Origin: Naegleria gruberi
Lineage: Eukaryota
Length of the DNA: 64,000 bases
Direction: 5' to 3' (one strand)
Assembly: GCA_000004985.1 (NCBI GenBank)
Contig: GG738916.1
This document shows, in pieces, positions 22,180-32,458 of the stretch (its first letter is position 1; each line of letters begins with the position of its first letter). The notes beneath the pieces are model-generated. The model was not told the DNA's origin and searched no databases. It worked only from the letters and a program-made list of their open reading frames with translations. The translations under genes and the position numbers were made by a program.

Positions 22180-23268
22180 ATGTTACCAGCAGAAAGAACG
22201 GATCGTTTCAATAAGAAGGAGGCTCAAAAGAAAAATGGAAATTTCTTGCAAATTCAAAGGAATGAATTACGTATGGAAGAGTTAAGAAAACAAATTGAGG
22301 AGCTAAAGATCGAAAATTCATTACTATATGAACAAAGTATTGAATTGGCCAACACTCAAGAAACATTAAAGAATACTAATGATGAGTACAAACGTGAAAA
22401 TTCAAAATTAGAACAAGAAAACATTGAACAAAAGAGTGATTTGGCCAAAATTAAAGGACTAACTAAATTCTTACCTCCTGAATTTACTGCAACTGATGGT
22501 TTTGAAGTTAGTCAACAAGTAACCACTACAAATGTTAAGAATGAGAATAGATCAAGATTGTGGTGTTTTTCACTTTTACAATTTATTACTTTAATGATTT
22601 GTGCAGCAACTTTGACACTTTATTGGATTAACGCTTCAAGATTATATACAGAACCTAACATTATTAAGATGGTAACTGCTGAATTTGAGTGTCCCGCCAA
22701 TAATTCTACTGTTAATTCAACAACAACTGATATTATTAGTTTCTATTCTACTACTAATTCAACTAGTAATGATAGCACTACTGAACCAATTACAAAAAGA
22801 ACAGAGGTTGCAACTATTGAAAGCGTTACAGGTTGGATCATGGTCTTGGATTTTTTTAGAACTTACTTGATGATTTTGATTATTCCTTCTTCAATTATTT
22901 GGTACACTTACTATACAGAAGATTATGAAACCAAAGAATTGAAACACAAATCAAACAAGTGTAATTTTACTTGTCAAGCCTTTATATGTTCACTTGCATT
23001 TGTATTATTGTTAGGATGTTTAATTTTCTTTGGTTATGCTGAGAATACTCTTTCATGGCAATGTCCAACAGTATCAAATCCATTGGTTATTTATCTTTCT
23101 ATGGGAATGTTTTTATGCTCTCTTTTATCTATTATTTTGTACTTTATACAAACTTGTTGTCACTCTAGACTATTTAAAGAAAAACCAATCAGAGATGGAA
23201 CTTTTAAAACAGGATTATTGGTCATAAGAAATATTAACAAGTTGCATGGCATTACAAAAAAAAAATAA
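22180..23268 (+). CDS. Hypothetical membrane protein with an N-terminal coiled-coil (362 aa)
   Basis: It starts at an ATG. Residues 25-95 form an E/K/L-rich heptad-like region (ELRKQIEELKIENSLLYEQSIELANTQETLKNTNDEYKRENSKLEQENIEQKSDL). Three or four hydrophobic helices follow. I recognise no family. Confidence 0.5.
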   Translation: MLPAERTDRFNKKEAQKKNGNFLQIQRNELRMEELRKQIEELKIENSLLYEQSIELANTQETLKNTNDEYKRENSKLEQENIEQKSDLAKIKGLTKFLPPEFTATDGFEVSQQVTTTNVKNENRSRLWCFSLLQFITLMICAATLTLYWINASRLYTEPNIIKMVTAEFECPANNSTVNSTTTDIISFYSTTNSTSNDSTTEPITKRTEVATIESVTGWIMVLDFFRTYLMILIIPSSIIWYTYYTEDYETKELKHKSNKCNFTCQAFICSLAFVLLLGCLIFFGYAENTLSWQCPTVSNPLVIYLSMGMFLCSLLSIILYFIQTCCHSRLFKEKPIRDGTFKTGLLVIRNINKLHGITKKK

Positions 23269-23565
23269 ATATGCTATTTGTTTTTAATTCCAACTTTATT
23301 GTTCATGTTTTACCATCAAACATGTTTGAAATTGACGTTAATCTGGTGATGAGCCTGTTGTGTGTCATAATTATCGCACGATGAGACTACCCCTGTTGTG
23401 TTGCCAAAAGTTGTTCTGGTGATTCTGTTGAAAATAAAAGTCCTAAATTGAGAATTGGTTTATTATCTCATGCAATAAAATCTATCTCTTTTGAAATAAT
23501 AAAGACAAAGAAAACTTTGGTTGACCAAGAGAAAAAAATCTTGTTTTTGAGATTGTTTGAAACAA

Positions 23566-26500
23566 CTACATGTTGTACTCCTTAAGAGCTTTTTCACTAC
23601 TTGCTAATGCACTCGAAACACCTTTGACAAATTGAAGTGCAATTGTAATATATGGACTAAGGAAAGATAACAATACTATAATAATGATCAAAAGTAGTGC
23701 AACACCAATGATTACTAAAACTGTTACCACTTGTTGAAGCGTAATTCCAGAAAATATTTTTGGAAAATAAATCACTGCCCATTCTATAAATTCAACAAAT
23801 GTTGTCCACAAATTGAGAATAAAGTTAATAAACTTCTCTGCATTGCTAATCAAAAAGTTCAGAATTTTCTCCATTAATTTTGGAATGGAGCTGAAAATAT
23901 CTGCAATGTTTGGAATAACTCCTCCAAAAAGGTCAATAAAACCAGTTCCTAAGGATTCAATAACATTACCAATTGAACTACCTATAGATGCTGCACCAGA
24001 TGCCATATCACCAATTAAATCCCAACCTTCCACAAGAACATCCCAAAAAGAGGCACCTCTACGTGAGTCACCACAATTCTTGTCAGGAACAACACTACTA
24101 CAATCATAATCCATATAACCCTGATAACATTTACATGTATCAACTGCTATACAATCACCATGTCCAGAACATACTTCTTTCTTGTCTCCTGAAATATCGA
24201 AACATTTTGGAAAGCCACACATGAAACCACCCCAATTCGGTTGACAGATACACTTATTTGGTCCCAAACACAATCCACGACCACTACACACAGCTCCTTC
24301 TACATTAATGTGAGTGGATAAAATGCTATTACAACTTAAAGTGCCACAGAATGCATCTCCATAACCAGAAAAACATTCACACTTATCAAAATCGACACAA
24401 ACACCACTTGAATTGCACACGTTTGGATCTGTGGCAACAATTCCATTACATGTTGGTGTTGCACATAATTTTCCACCCCATGAATTGCAACTACATTCAT
24501 CATTCTCAATACAAATACCCCTCGAGTTACATACTGTTGGATCTGTGGCCAAAGTTCCATTACATGTTGGAACGGTACAGAATTCACCTCCCCAATCTCT
24601 ATAACAATTACACTTATCTGGTGCAACACACACTCCAAAACCATTACAAACAGTTAGTTCAGTGGCCGATGTTCCATTACATGTTGGTGTTGAACATAAT
24701 GGTCCAGTCCAACCTTTCTCACATTTGCATCGATTAAGATCAATACACTTTCCATTTCCACTACATGCATTACTCTTTGCGATACACACTTCATTCTCAT
24801 CAAATGCAAGAATTCCATTACATGATGGTATTGTACATAGTTTACCACCCCAACCTGAGAGACATTTACATTGATTTGGACCAACACATACTCCCAATGA
24901 ATTACACACATTTGAATCAGTTGCTAAAGTTCCATTACAAAATGGAATTTCACAAAATTGACCTCCCCACATTTCATTACATTGACATTGATTTTCATTG
25001 ACACATTTTCCTCTAGAGTTGCAAACTGCCTCATTGTTAGCCAATATACCTTGACATTTAGGTATTTCACATTGTTTACCACCCCAATTTAAATTACAAT
25101 TGCATTGATTTGGACTAGTACATTCACCATGTCCACTACACACCAATGTATTATTGCTAACTATAGTTCCATTACTATCAGTATTGGTAGTAGCATTGGT
25201 AGATAGAATATTATTACAAATTGGTGTGGAACAATCTTCACCTCCCCAACCAGTTAAACAGATACAAAGATTGGCACCAATACAATCACCCTTTCTACTA
25301 CAAACAGATATATTAGTGGAAATTATACCACTACATATTGGAGTTTCACATAATTGATCTGTCCAATTTGAGTCGCAAATGCATTCATTTGGTTGAACAC
25401 ATTTACCATTGCCATTACATGCTGTTTCATTGGTTGCCAAAACATCTCCACATATTGGAATTTCACAATATTGACCTGCCCAATTTGAATTACATAAACA
25501 TTCGTCTGGACGAATGCAAAGACCATTTCCACTACACACCACTGTTTCATTGGTGGTTAAAGTTGAATTACTATCATTGGTAGCCTTAATACCATTACAT
25601 ATTGGAATTTCACAAAATGGACCTGTCCAATTTGAATTACAAATACATTCATTGGGTTGAAAACATTCTCCATTACCATTGCATACATAAGGATCAGTTG
25701 CCAGTGTAGAGTTGCATTTTGGAGATTCACAATATTGTCCACCCCATGTAGAATTGCACTCACAAACATCTGGACCAACACATGCACCATTACCACTACA
25801 CACAAATTCATAAATGGCCAAAGTTCCATTACAAATTGGAATTTCACAAAGTTCTCCTGACCAACTTGAATTACATTCACAAATATTTGGACTCACACAT
25901 TGACCGTTTCCACTACAAACCAAAACATCAGTTGCACTCGTACCATTGCAAAGTGGAGTTTGACAGAATTGACCAGTCCAATTACTATTACATAAACATT
26001 GGTCTGGATTAATACATATACCATTAGTGTTACAAACTGATTCATTTGTGGCTAAAGTTCCATTACAGATTGGAATTTCACACAAATAACCTCCCCATGT
26101 TGAATTACATTCACAGGTGTCTGGACTGACACAAATACCATTACCACTACAAACTGATAAATCTGTACCAGCTGTTCCATTACAAAGTGGAGTTTGACAG
26201 AATTGACCAGTCCAATTGGTATTACAAATACATTCATCTGGTTGAATACATTCACCATTTCCATTACATACATAAGGATCAGTTGCCAGTGTAGAGTTAC
26301 ATTTTGGAGATTCACAAAATTCTCCACCATATGTCGAATTACACTCACAAATATTTGGGCTAATACAGTTACCATGTCCTTCACAAACAGATATATTATT
26401 TGCCAATATTCCATTACAAAATGGAATTTCACAATACTGTCCACCCCATTCTGAAGTACAATTACATATATCTGGTTGAATACATGTACCATTGCCATTA

Positions 26501-29500
26501 CAAACCAAAGTATCAGTTGCCATTGTTCCATTACAAATTGGAATTTCACAAAATTGGCCTGTCCAATTGGAATTGCAAAAACATTCATCTGGATTAATAC
26601 AAATACCGTTGCTGTTGCACACTGTGTCATTGGTAGCTAACGTTCCATTACAAACTGGGACTTGACAAAATTGTCCACCCCATTCTGATGTACAAACACA
26701 TTCATCTGGTTGAATACATATTCCATTGCCATTACATACAGTTTCGTTGGTGGCTTCAGTACCATTACATATTGGAATTTCACAAAATTGACCTGTCCAA
26801 TTGTAATTGCAAAGACATTCGTCAGGTTGAATACATGCTCCATTGTTGTTACAAACAAAAGGATCAGTTGCGAGTGTAGAGTTGCATTTTGGAATTTCAC
26901 ATAAATCACCTCCCCATGTTGAATTGCAGTTACAAATATTTGGATTAATACATTCACCATTACCACTACAAACTGATAAATCTGTACCAGCTGTACCATT
27001 ACAAAGTGGTGTTTCACACAATTTACCAGTCCAATTTGTATTACAAATGCATTCATCTGGTTGAACACATTCGCCATTACCATTACAAACAGAATAGTTG
27101 TTAGCTAAAGTTCCATTACAAATTGGAATTTCACAAAATTCTCCACTATATGTCGAATTACACTGACAAAGATTTGGACCAACACATGCACCGTTACCGC
27201 TACATACAGATTCGTTAGTGGCTTCTGTTCCATTACAAATTGGAATTTCACAAAATTGCCCAGTCCAATTGGAATTACATAAACATTCATCTGGGCGAAT
27301 GCAAAGACCATTTCCACTACACGCCACTGTTTCATTGGTGGCTAATGTCGCATTGCTATCATTGGTAGCTTTAATACCTCCACAGATTGGAATTTCACAA
27401 TAAGGACCTGTCCAATTTGAATTACAAAAACATTCATCTGGCTGAATACATTCTCCATTACCATTACAAACAAAAGGATCAGTTGCATTTGTTCCATTAC
27501 ATACTGGAATTTCACAAAATTGACCAGTCCAATTCGAGTTACATTCACAAATATTTGGACTAATACATTTACCATGTCCTGCACAAACAGATGTATCATT
27601 AGCAAGAGTATCATTACATATTGGAATTTCACAAAATTCTCCACTCCAAGTTGAATTACATTCACAAACATCTGGACTAATACAAATACCATTACCACTA
27701 CATACTGTTGAGTTTGCATCCTCTAGGGTTACATTACAGAGAGGAAATTGACAAAATGGACCATAATACCCTGATTGACAATCGCAAGTGTCCAGTGAAG
27801 TACATATTCCATGAGAAGTACAAACTGTAGAATTTGTACTTTCAATTGAATTACAAGTTGTCATATTACAATAAGTTCCAAAGTATCCACTTGTACAAAC
27901 ACAATTATCACTTGAAATGCACAATCCATGAGAATTGCAAACAGTAGTTTCATTTCCTGAAATGTTAAAGCAAGTTGGAATTTCACATTGATATCCTGAA
28001 TAGCCATCATTACATACACATGTATCGTTTGCAACACATGTTCCGTTTTGATTATTACAAACCATTGAATCATTTCCCAATATTGAAAAACAAATTGGAA
28101 TTTCACAATATTGACCTGTAAATCCTGATTCACAATCACAAGTTTCTGGGCTAGTGCAATTACCAACACCATTACAAACACTTGAACTATTTGAAAGTGT
28201 ATTGTTACAAATAGAAAGCTCACAACACACTCCAGCATATCCCTGACAAATACAAGGATCATTAGTATCAATCAGAGCAAATGATGTTAAATGGGATGTT
28301 TCACAAATAACAGTACTAGAATTCACCATTTTAGTTCTTACACCATCAGATTTCCATGTATTTTCAATCCTATCCAAATACATACATGTTAAATTGGATG
28401 ATTTGGTTATGTTTTGTGAGTGTAATGGAATGATCAAAGTGATTGGCTTGTTCAATTGTTTTACAATAACTTCTTTACCACTATCACTCAGTAAAGAAAC
28501 AGAAACTATAGCACTTTTAACTTTAGGTGTTATCTTATCAATATAAATTGATGAAAATAGAATTAATGAGCTATCACTGTTCAATCCACTTGTTGAAATC
28601 AAATCACTACTCAATGTGGAAGGAAGTGAAATTTGAATACCCATATTAGTATTCGAATAACTATAAGAAACATAAATATTCTTCGAATTTAAATCACCCA
28701 ATTGATTTGCAACTTGATAATTGTAGGATGTGACATTTGTTGAAACAGCTATTGAACAATAAGATCCAATCCAACCGTAATTGCAAACACAAGTTTCTGG
28801 ACTAGTACAATTTCCAACACCATTACAAACCTTCTTACTTGTAGCAAGTGTACCATTACAAATTGGTGTTTGACAATATTGACCTCCCCAAGTTGAATTA
28901 CATTTACATTCATTAAAACCATTACAGATACCATTGCCATTACAAACTGATTTTGAATTGGATCGTGTTCCATTGCATGTATTCACACAACTCATAGCTC
29001 CATTGAAATCTTGTGTAAATTGAAGAGTTGTGCCACATTCAATGATCTTTCTAATCCTGTTATTGGATGTGTCTGCAATTAATATTTCATTATTATTTGG
29101 AGAAACAAAAACACCTTTAGGAGAATTAAGTCGACTCGCAATTGACAAACCACCATCACCACCAAATGATCCATCGCTACTACTTCCAGCAATGGTTGTA
29201 ATAGTTCCATTCACAAATATCTTTCTAATTCGATGATTCAATGTGTCAGCAATGTAAATTTCACCACTCTGTGAAACATGGACGCCATATGGTGAATTCA
29301 ATTGAGAGTTTATAGCCAAGCCACCATCACCACCAAATGATGCTCGACCAGTTCCTGCTACTGTTGTAATCAGTCCGTTAACAAATATCTTTCTAATTCT
29401 ATGGTTCAATGTATCAGCAATATAAATTTCACCATTCTGAGAAATATGAACACCATTTGGAGAGTTCAATGGTGAAAGAACAGCAAATCCACCGTCACCA

Positions 29501-30189
29501 CCAAATGATGCTCTACCAGTTCCAGCAATAGTTGAAATTACACCATAACTATTAATCTTTCTGATTCTATGGTTCAATGTGTCAGCAATGTAAATTTCAC
29601 CATTCTGAGAAATAGAGAGACCATTTGGTGAATTTAATTTTGCTCTACTAGCTAAACCACCATCACCACTAAAACCATCACAATCAGAATGTTCATTACA
29701 GTTTTGCTTTCCAGAAACAATGGTCACCAAATAACTTGACAGAGAAACGGAAAGAATTCTATGATTTAACACATCTGTCATGTATAATTCATTTCTAAAT
29801 AAAACAGCCATGGTTGGTTTAAACTTGTTACCTGTTTGCATATTAATTGGTAATGTGAAAATTGTACCATTCATAAATATTTTTCTAATTCTTCCATTTT
29901 GTGTATCGACAATAAGTGTTTCAGTGTAATTATTATTGTTGAGAGGTGAAATACTTATTGAATAGGAGGGAGAATTTAATTGGGCATTGATAGCCAAACC
30001 ACCATCTCCTTCCATACCTGCTGCTGCCATTAATCCACTTCCTGCAATTGTTGAAATATATGATAATTTAGTGGTGGAACTTGTAGTTGCTGCTGTTGTT
30101 GTTGTGGAAAAGATTGTCATCATCATCAACAAGAATAATAACAGGACAATGTTGTTTGCGCTTCTCATTTCATCCAGAGCTCTCTTCAT
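23566..30189 (-). CDS. Intact giant type-I membrane protein (2207 aa): signal peptide, 6 NHL repeats, 2 EGF, a GAIN/GPS-like region, about 45 EGF-like repeats, TM, short cytoplasmic tail
   Basis: It is a single uninterrupted ORF, MKRALDEMRSANNIVLLLFLLMMMTIFSTTTT... NHL repeat consensus GxGxxxFGGDGGxAxxSxLNSPxGVxxSxxGEIYIADTLNHRIRKI occurs six times. The GPS-like motif lies at aa 598-641. The EGF-like units have the form CNGT(L/S)ATDxxVCxGNGxCxxPDxCxCNSxWxGxxCEIP. The C-terminal TM helix is VVTVLVIIGVALLLIIIIVLLSFL, followed by ...KALKEYNM and a stop. Confidence 0.85.
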   Translation of the reverse strand: MKRALDEMRSANNIVLLLFLLMMMTIFSTTTTAATTSSTTKLSYISTIAGSGLMAAAGMEGDGGLAINAQLNSPSYSISISPLNNNNYTETLIVDTQNGRIRKIFMNGTIFTLPINMQTGNKFKPTMAVLFRNELYMTDVLNHRILSVSLSSYLVTIVSGKQNCNEHSDCDGFSGDGGLASRAKLNSPNGLSISQNGEIYIADTLNHRIRKINSYGVISTIAGTGRASFGGDGGFAVLSPLNSPNGVHISQNGEIYIADTLNHRIRKIFVNGLITTVAGTGRASFGGDGGLAINSQLNSPYGVHVSQSGEIYIADTLNHRIRKIFVNGTITTIAGSSSDGSFGGDGGLSIASRLNSPKGVFVSPNNNEILIADTSNNRIRKIIECGTTLQFTQDFNGAMSCVNTCNGTRSNSKSVCNGNGICNGFNECKCNSTWGGQYCQTPICNGTLATSKKVCNGVGNCTSPETCVCNYGWIGSYCSIAVSTNVTSYNYQVANQLGDLNSKNIYVSYSYSNTNMGIQISLPSTLSSDLISTSGLNSDSSLILFSSIYIDKITPKVKSAIVSVSLLSDSGKEVIVKQLNKPITLIIPLHSQNITKSSNLTCMYLDRIENTWKSDGVRTKMVNSSTVICETSHLTSFALIDTNDPCICQGYAGVCCELSICNNTLSNSSSVCNGVGNCTSPETCDCESGFTGQYCEIPICFSILGNDSMVCNNQNGTCVANDTCVCNDGYSGYQCEIPTCFNISGNETTVCNSHGLCISSDNCVCTSGYFGTYCNMTTCNSIESTNSTVCTSHGICTSLDTCDCQSGYYGPFCQFPLCNVTLEDANSTVCSGNGICISPDVCECNSTWSGEFCEIPICNDTLANDTSVCAGHGKCISPNICECNSNWTGQFCEIPVCNGTNATDPFVCNGNGECIQPDECFCNSNWTGPYCEIPICGGIKATNDSNATLATNETVACSGNGLCIRPDECLCNSNWTGQFCEIPICNGTEATNESVCSGNGACVGPNLCQCNSTYSGEFCEIPICNGTLANNYSVCNGNGECVQPDECICNTNWTGKLCETPLCNGTAGTDLSVCSGNGECINPNICNCNSTWGGDLCEIPKCNSTLATDPFVCNNNGACIQPDECLCNYNWTGQFCEIPICNGTEATNETVCNGNGICIQPDECVCTSEWGGQFCQVPVCNGTLATNDTVCNSNGICINPDECFCNSNWTGQFCEIPICNGTMATDTLVCNGNGTCIQPDICNCTSEWGGQYCEIPFCNGILANNISVCEGHGNCISPNICECNSTYGGEFCESPKCNSTLATDPYVCNGNGECIQPDECICNTNWTGQFCQTPLCNGTAGTDLSVCSGNGICVSPDTCECNSTWGGYLCEIPICNGTLATNESVCNTNGICINPDQCLCNSNWTGQFCQTPLCNGTSATDVLVCSGNGQCVSPNICECNSSWSGELCEIPICNGTLAIYEFVCSGNGACVGPDVCECNSTWGGQYCESPKCNSTLATDPYVCNGNGECFQPNECICNSNWTGPFCEIPICNGIKATNDSNSTLTTNETVVCSGNGLCIRPDECLCNSNWAGQYCEIPICGDVLATNETACNGNGKCVQPNECICDSNWTDQLCETPICSGIISTNISVCSRKGDCIGANLCICLTGWGGEDCSTPICNNILSTNATTNTDSNGTIVSNNTLVCSGHGECTSPNQCNCNLNWGGKQCEIPKCQGILANNEAVCNSRGKCVNENQCQCNEMWGGQFCEIPFCNGTLATDSNVCNSLGVCVGPNQCKCLSGWGGKLCTIPSCNGILAFDENEVCIAKSNACSGNGKCIDLNRCKCEKGWTGPLCSTPTCNGTSATELTVCNGFGVCVAPDKCNCYRDWGGEFCTVPTCNGTLATDPTVCNSRGICIENDECSCNSWGGKLCATPTCNGIVATDPNVCNSSGVCVDFDKCECFSGYGDAFCGTLSCNSILSTHINVEGAVCSGRGLCLGPNKCICQPNWGGFMCGFPKCFDISGDKKEVCSGHGDCIAVDTCKCYQGYMDYDCSSVVPDKNCGDSRRGASFWDVLVEGWDLIGDMASGAASIGSSIGNVIESLGTGFIDLFGGVIPNIADIFSSIPKLMEKILNFLISNAEKFINFILNLWTTFVEFIEWAVIYFPKIFSGITLQQVVTVLVIIGVALLLIIIIVLLSFLSPYITIALQFVKGVSSALASSEKALKEYNM
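24150..28260 (-). repeat. Tandem array of about 45 EGF-like Cys-rich coding repeats (~93-100 nt each) within gene 23566-30189
   Basis: A periodic C-x-G-x-x-C...C-x-C-x-x-x-W-x-G-x-x-C pattern repeats. The opposite strand yields many spurious His/Val-rich ORFs. Confidence 0.8.
28267..28308 (-). other. GPS (GPCR-proteolysis-site)-like motif VICETSHLTSFALID at aa 628-641 of the 2207-aa protein; putative autoproteolytic site HL|T
   Basis: The sequence tctagtactgttatttgtgaaacatcccatttaacatcatttgctctgattgat translates to SSTVICETSHLTSFALID. The upstream context LTCMYLDRIENTWKSDGVRTKMVNSSTV resembles the canonical GPS layout Cys ... Trp-x-x-x-Gly ... Cys-x-x-x-HL(S/T)xFA. Confidence 0.5.
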
Positions 30190-30409
30190 TTTTTAACAGT
30201 CGGTTTTGGTAAACTCTTTCAAAAGTCATCGTTGTAATATTTTTTACATTTTTGTACGTTTTTGTGTATTTTGCCGAATCAAAAGAAAAATGGGGAAAAT
30301 GGAGTTAAGGTTCAAAAAAAATAAGAGAGCATGTTGACAACTTGTTGTCCATCATTCTGTTGTTTTTCTAGAGAAAGTACCCACTATCAATCCATCGATA
30401 ATAACACAA
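30190..30409. promoter_or_regulatory. Putative bidirectional promoter between the divergent NHL/EGF gene (-) and LRR gene (+); mirror of 1205-1469
   Basis: A short AT-rich divergent spacer conserved between the two arms. Confidence 0.3.
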
Positions 30410-32128
30410 TTGCCGATGAAATATTCTAAAATATTGCAAGTGAGTCAAGATATATTTTGCAATGTAATTATTCCCTATTTTAATTCACATACTTTGATTG
30501 CTTTTGCTGGAGTTTGTTCCGAGTGGAGAAGAATTGTCAAAGAAAGTGATACTAGAGGAATCAAGTGTGTAAATGTAAAACATAAATCAGCAAGATACAG
30601 ATTTGAATCATTAAATGATGAGGAGGAAATGAGTGGATTAATGAAAGGTGACCTCTTGCAAATATTCTCACAAATGGAAATAAGAACTTTTCCAGAATTT
30701 GAGGAAACTATTTTTCTTAACAGATCTTTTTTTAAAAAGTTATTCAATTCAAAAAAATTGGAATTATTGACATTACAAAATACTAATATTATTACAATTA
30801 TTATTCCTGCTAAAGATATTTCACCAATTACAACACTGAAATTAATAAGTGTTCAAATGGAAGTTGAGAATTTAAGAACTATATGCACTAATTTACTAAA
30901 TTTAACAGATCTAACATTAATTGATAATGGACTTGATTATAAGGCAACACTTGTATTGACCAAATCAAAGTTGACTCGTCTAACACATCTTACACTTCGT
31001 AATCGAATTGGAGATGAAGGTGTTAATCAAATATTGACTCAACCAGGAAATATTAGAACTTTGAAATATATTAACTTTGTTGCAATACCTCCAGAATCAT
31101 CTCAAAAAGACAATATTTCATACATAGCACCAATTAATAGTTCAATTTTACCAAATCTTGAATATTTTTCAATAGATTTGGAGATGTCGACAAAATCAAT
31201 TATGAATGTGTTGAATAGTGGTAATTCATGGAGAGAATTGACCTTTCTTCACTCACATTTAAATAGTGAATGTGTGAAACAAATTGGAAAAATTCATACA
31301 CTCCAAAAACTTTGTTTTCAATCAAAATTGGAAGTAGATTTACCTTACAGATGTTTATTACCTCTTCAAAATAATCTCACTCATCTAGAAATTGGTCCTG
31401 TTGATAATAATACATTCTCTGAATTGAGTGAGGGTAACTTTCTTAATTTGAAATATTTATGCATTCTAAATACAAAACAAGGAAATGAAATAGATGAATA
31501 TGTAATACGAAAATTCTGTGAAAAAGTTCAAAATCTAACCTATTTAGAGTTAAGAAAAGTAGTAATGAAAAGTGGATGTATGAATCACATATCCCAACTT
31601 TCAAAAATAACTGATTTACGAATTATTCAAACACATATTGATAGTGAAGGAATGAAATATTTATCAAGAATGAGTAACATGACAACATTATATTTAGGAA
31701 GTGAAATTACATTTGATGGTATTTCATATTTATGCAAGGGAAATTTACTAAATTTACACACTTTAAAGTTTACAAGAGTTCCTTCAGGCAAGTTCAAATA
31801 TGACTCAAAGTTTACATCAAGTTTAGCTCATTCAAATTTTCCAAAATTAAGATATTTGAGTTTTTATTATGAATTTGATATTTATGCAACTGATATGTTA
31901 CATTCTGGACCATCTCTGAAAAATTTGATACATTTAGAACTTTATTGGGTAGATTTAACAATTACACCTATTTTAGTACCTATAGTCAATAATCTGGCAC
32001 CTAAATATCTGACTGGAATTGGAGGTTTTGCAGCCCTTAAAGCAAAAGTCATATCACAATTAAGACAACCAACAAAAATCAACTATTTGATTGCATATAC
32101 AGATATACGAATTGATGAATTTATTTAA
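30410..32128 (+). CDS. F-box-like/leucine-rich-repeat protein (572 aa), intact copy
   Basis: ORF from ATG to TAA, MPMKYSKILQVSQDIFCNVIIPYFNSHTLIAFAGVCSEWRRIV... followed by LRR-like repeats. It is duplicated in inverted orientation at 1-1204. Confidence 0.8.
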   Translation: MPMKYSKILQVSQDIFCNVIIPYFNSHTLIAFAGVCSEWRRIVKESDTRGIKCVNVKHKSARYRFESLNDEEEMSGLMKGDLLQIFSQMEIRTFPEFEETIFLNRSFFKKLFNSKKLELLTLQNTNIITIIIPAKDISPITTLKLISVQMEVENLRTICTNLLNLTDLTLIDNGLDYKATLVLTKSKLTRLTHLTLRNRIGDEGVNQILTQPGNIRTLKYINFVAIPPESSQKDNISYIAPINSSILPNLEYFSIDLEMSTKSIMNVLNSGNSWRELTFLHSHLNSECVKQIGKIHTLQKLCFQSKLEVDLPYRCLLPLQNNLTHLEIGPVDNNTFSELSEGNFLNLKYLCILNTKQGNEIDEYVIRKFCEKVQNLTYLELRKVVMKSGCMNHISQLSKITDLRIIQTHIDSEGMKYLSRMSNMTTLYLGSEITFDGISYLCKGNLLNLHTLKFTRVPSGKFKYDSKFTSSLAHSNFPKLRYLSFYYEFDIYATDMLHSGPSLKNLIHLELYWVDLTITPILVPIVNNLAPKYLTGIGGFAALKAKVISQLRQPTKINYLIAYTDIRIDEFI

Positions 32129-32458
32129 CAATTCTACAACTCTTGCTTCTAACACTCTAGAGAATATCATAAAATCAAGATATAACCCTAGTACAAATTG
32201 CCATACCACAATCATTTCCAGTCCAACCAGCATTACAAGAACAAAGACACACATTTTCCGTGAGCATTGCATTGATTTGGGCACAACATAAGTTAGAACA
32301 TCCAGGTCCAAATGATTTTCAGAAACGGATGGATTTTGGTTATATAGAAACCCAACAGTTCTCTTTAAAATTTGACAACAATGTAATTGAGAAATATGCA
32401 GTAATGTAGTTTAACAAATCTGTCTGCAAAGTTTCCAACAAATATCACATTAAAGAAT

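Larger units (their letters stand above)
23566..32128. repeat. Right arm of the inverted segmental duplication (mirror of 1-8006)
   Basis: See the left-arm feature. The arm includes the NHL/EGF gene, the shared 220-bp divergent spacer and the F-box-like/LRR gene. Confidence 0.8.

Noticed and set aside
24336-28973. Dozens of 60-190-aa ORFs on the strand opposite the EGF arrays (and the equivalents at 5446-7266, 15050-16588 and 17521-18150)
   Set aside because: These are antisense or off-frame artefacts of the highly periodic Cys/Asn/Gly codon composition (His/Val/Gln-rich nonsense proteins such as MNVIQVGQENFVKFQFVMELWP). The sense strand carries a clearly homologous, continuous CDS.
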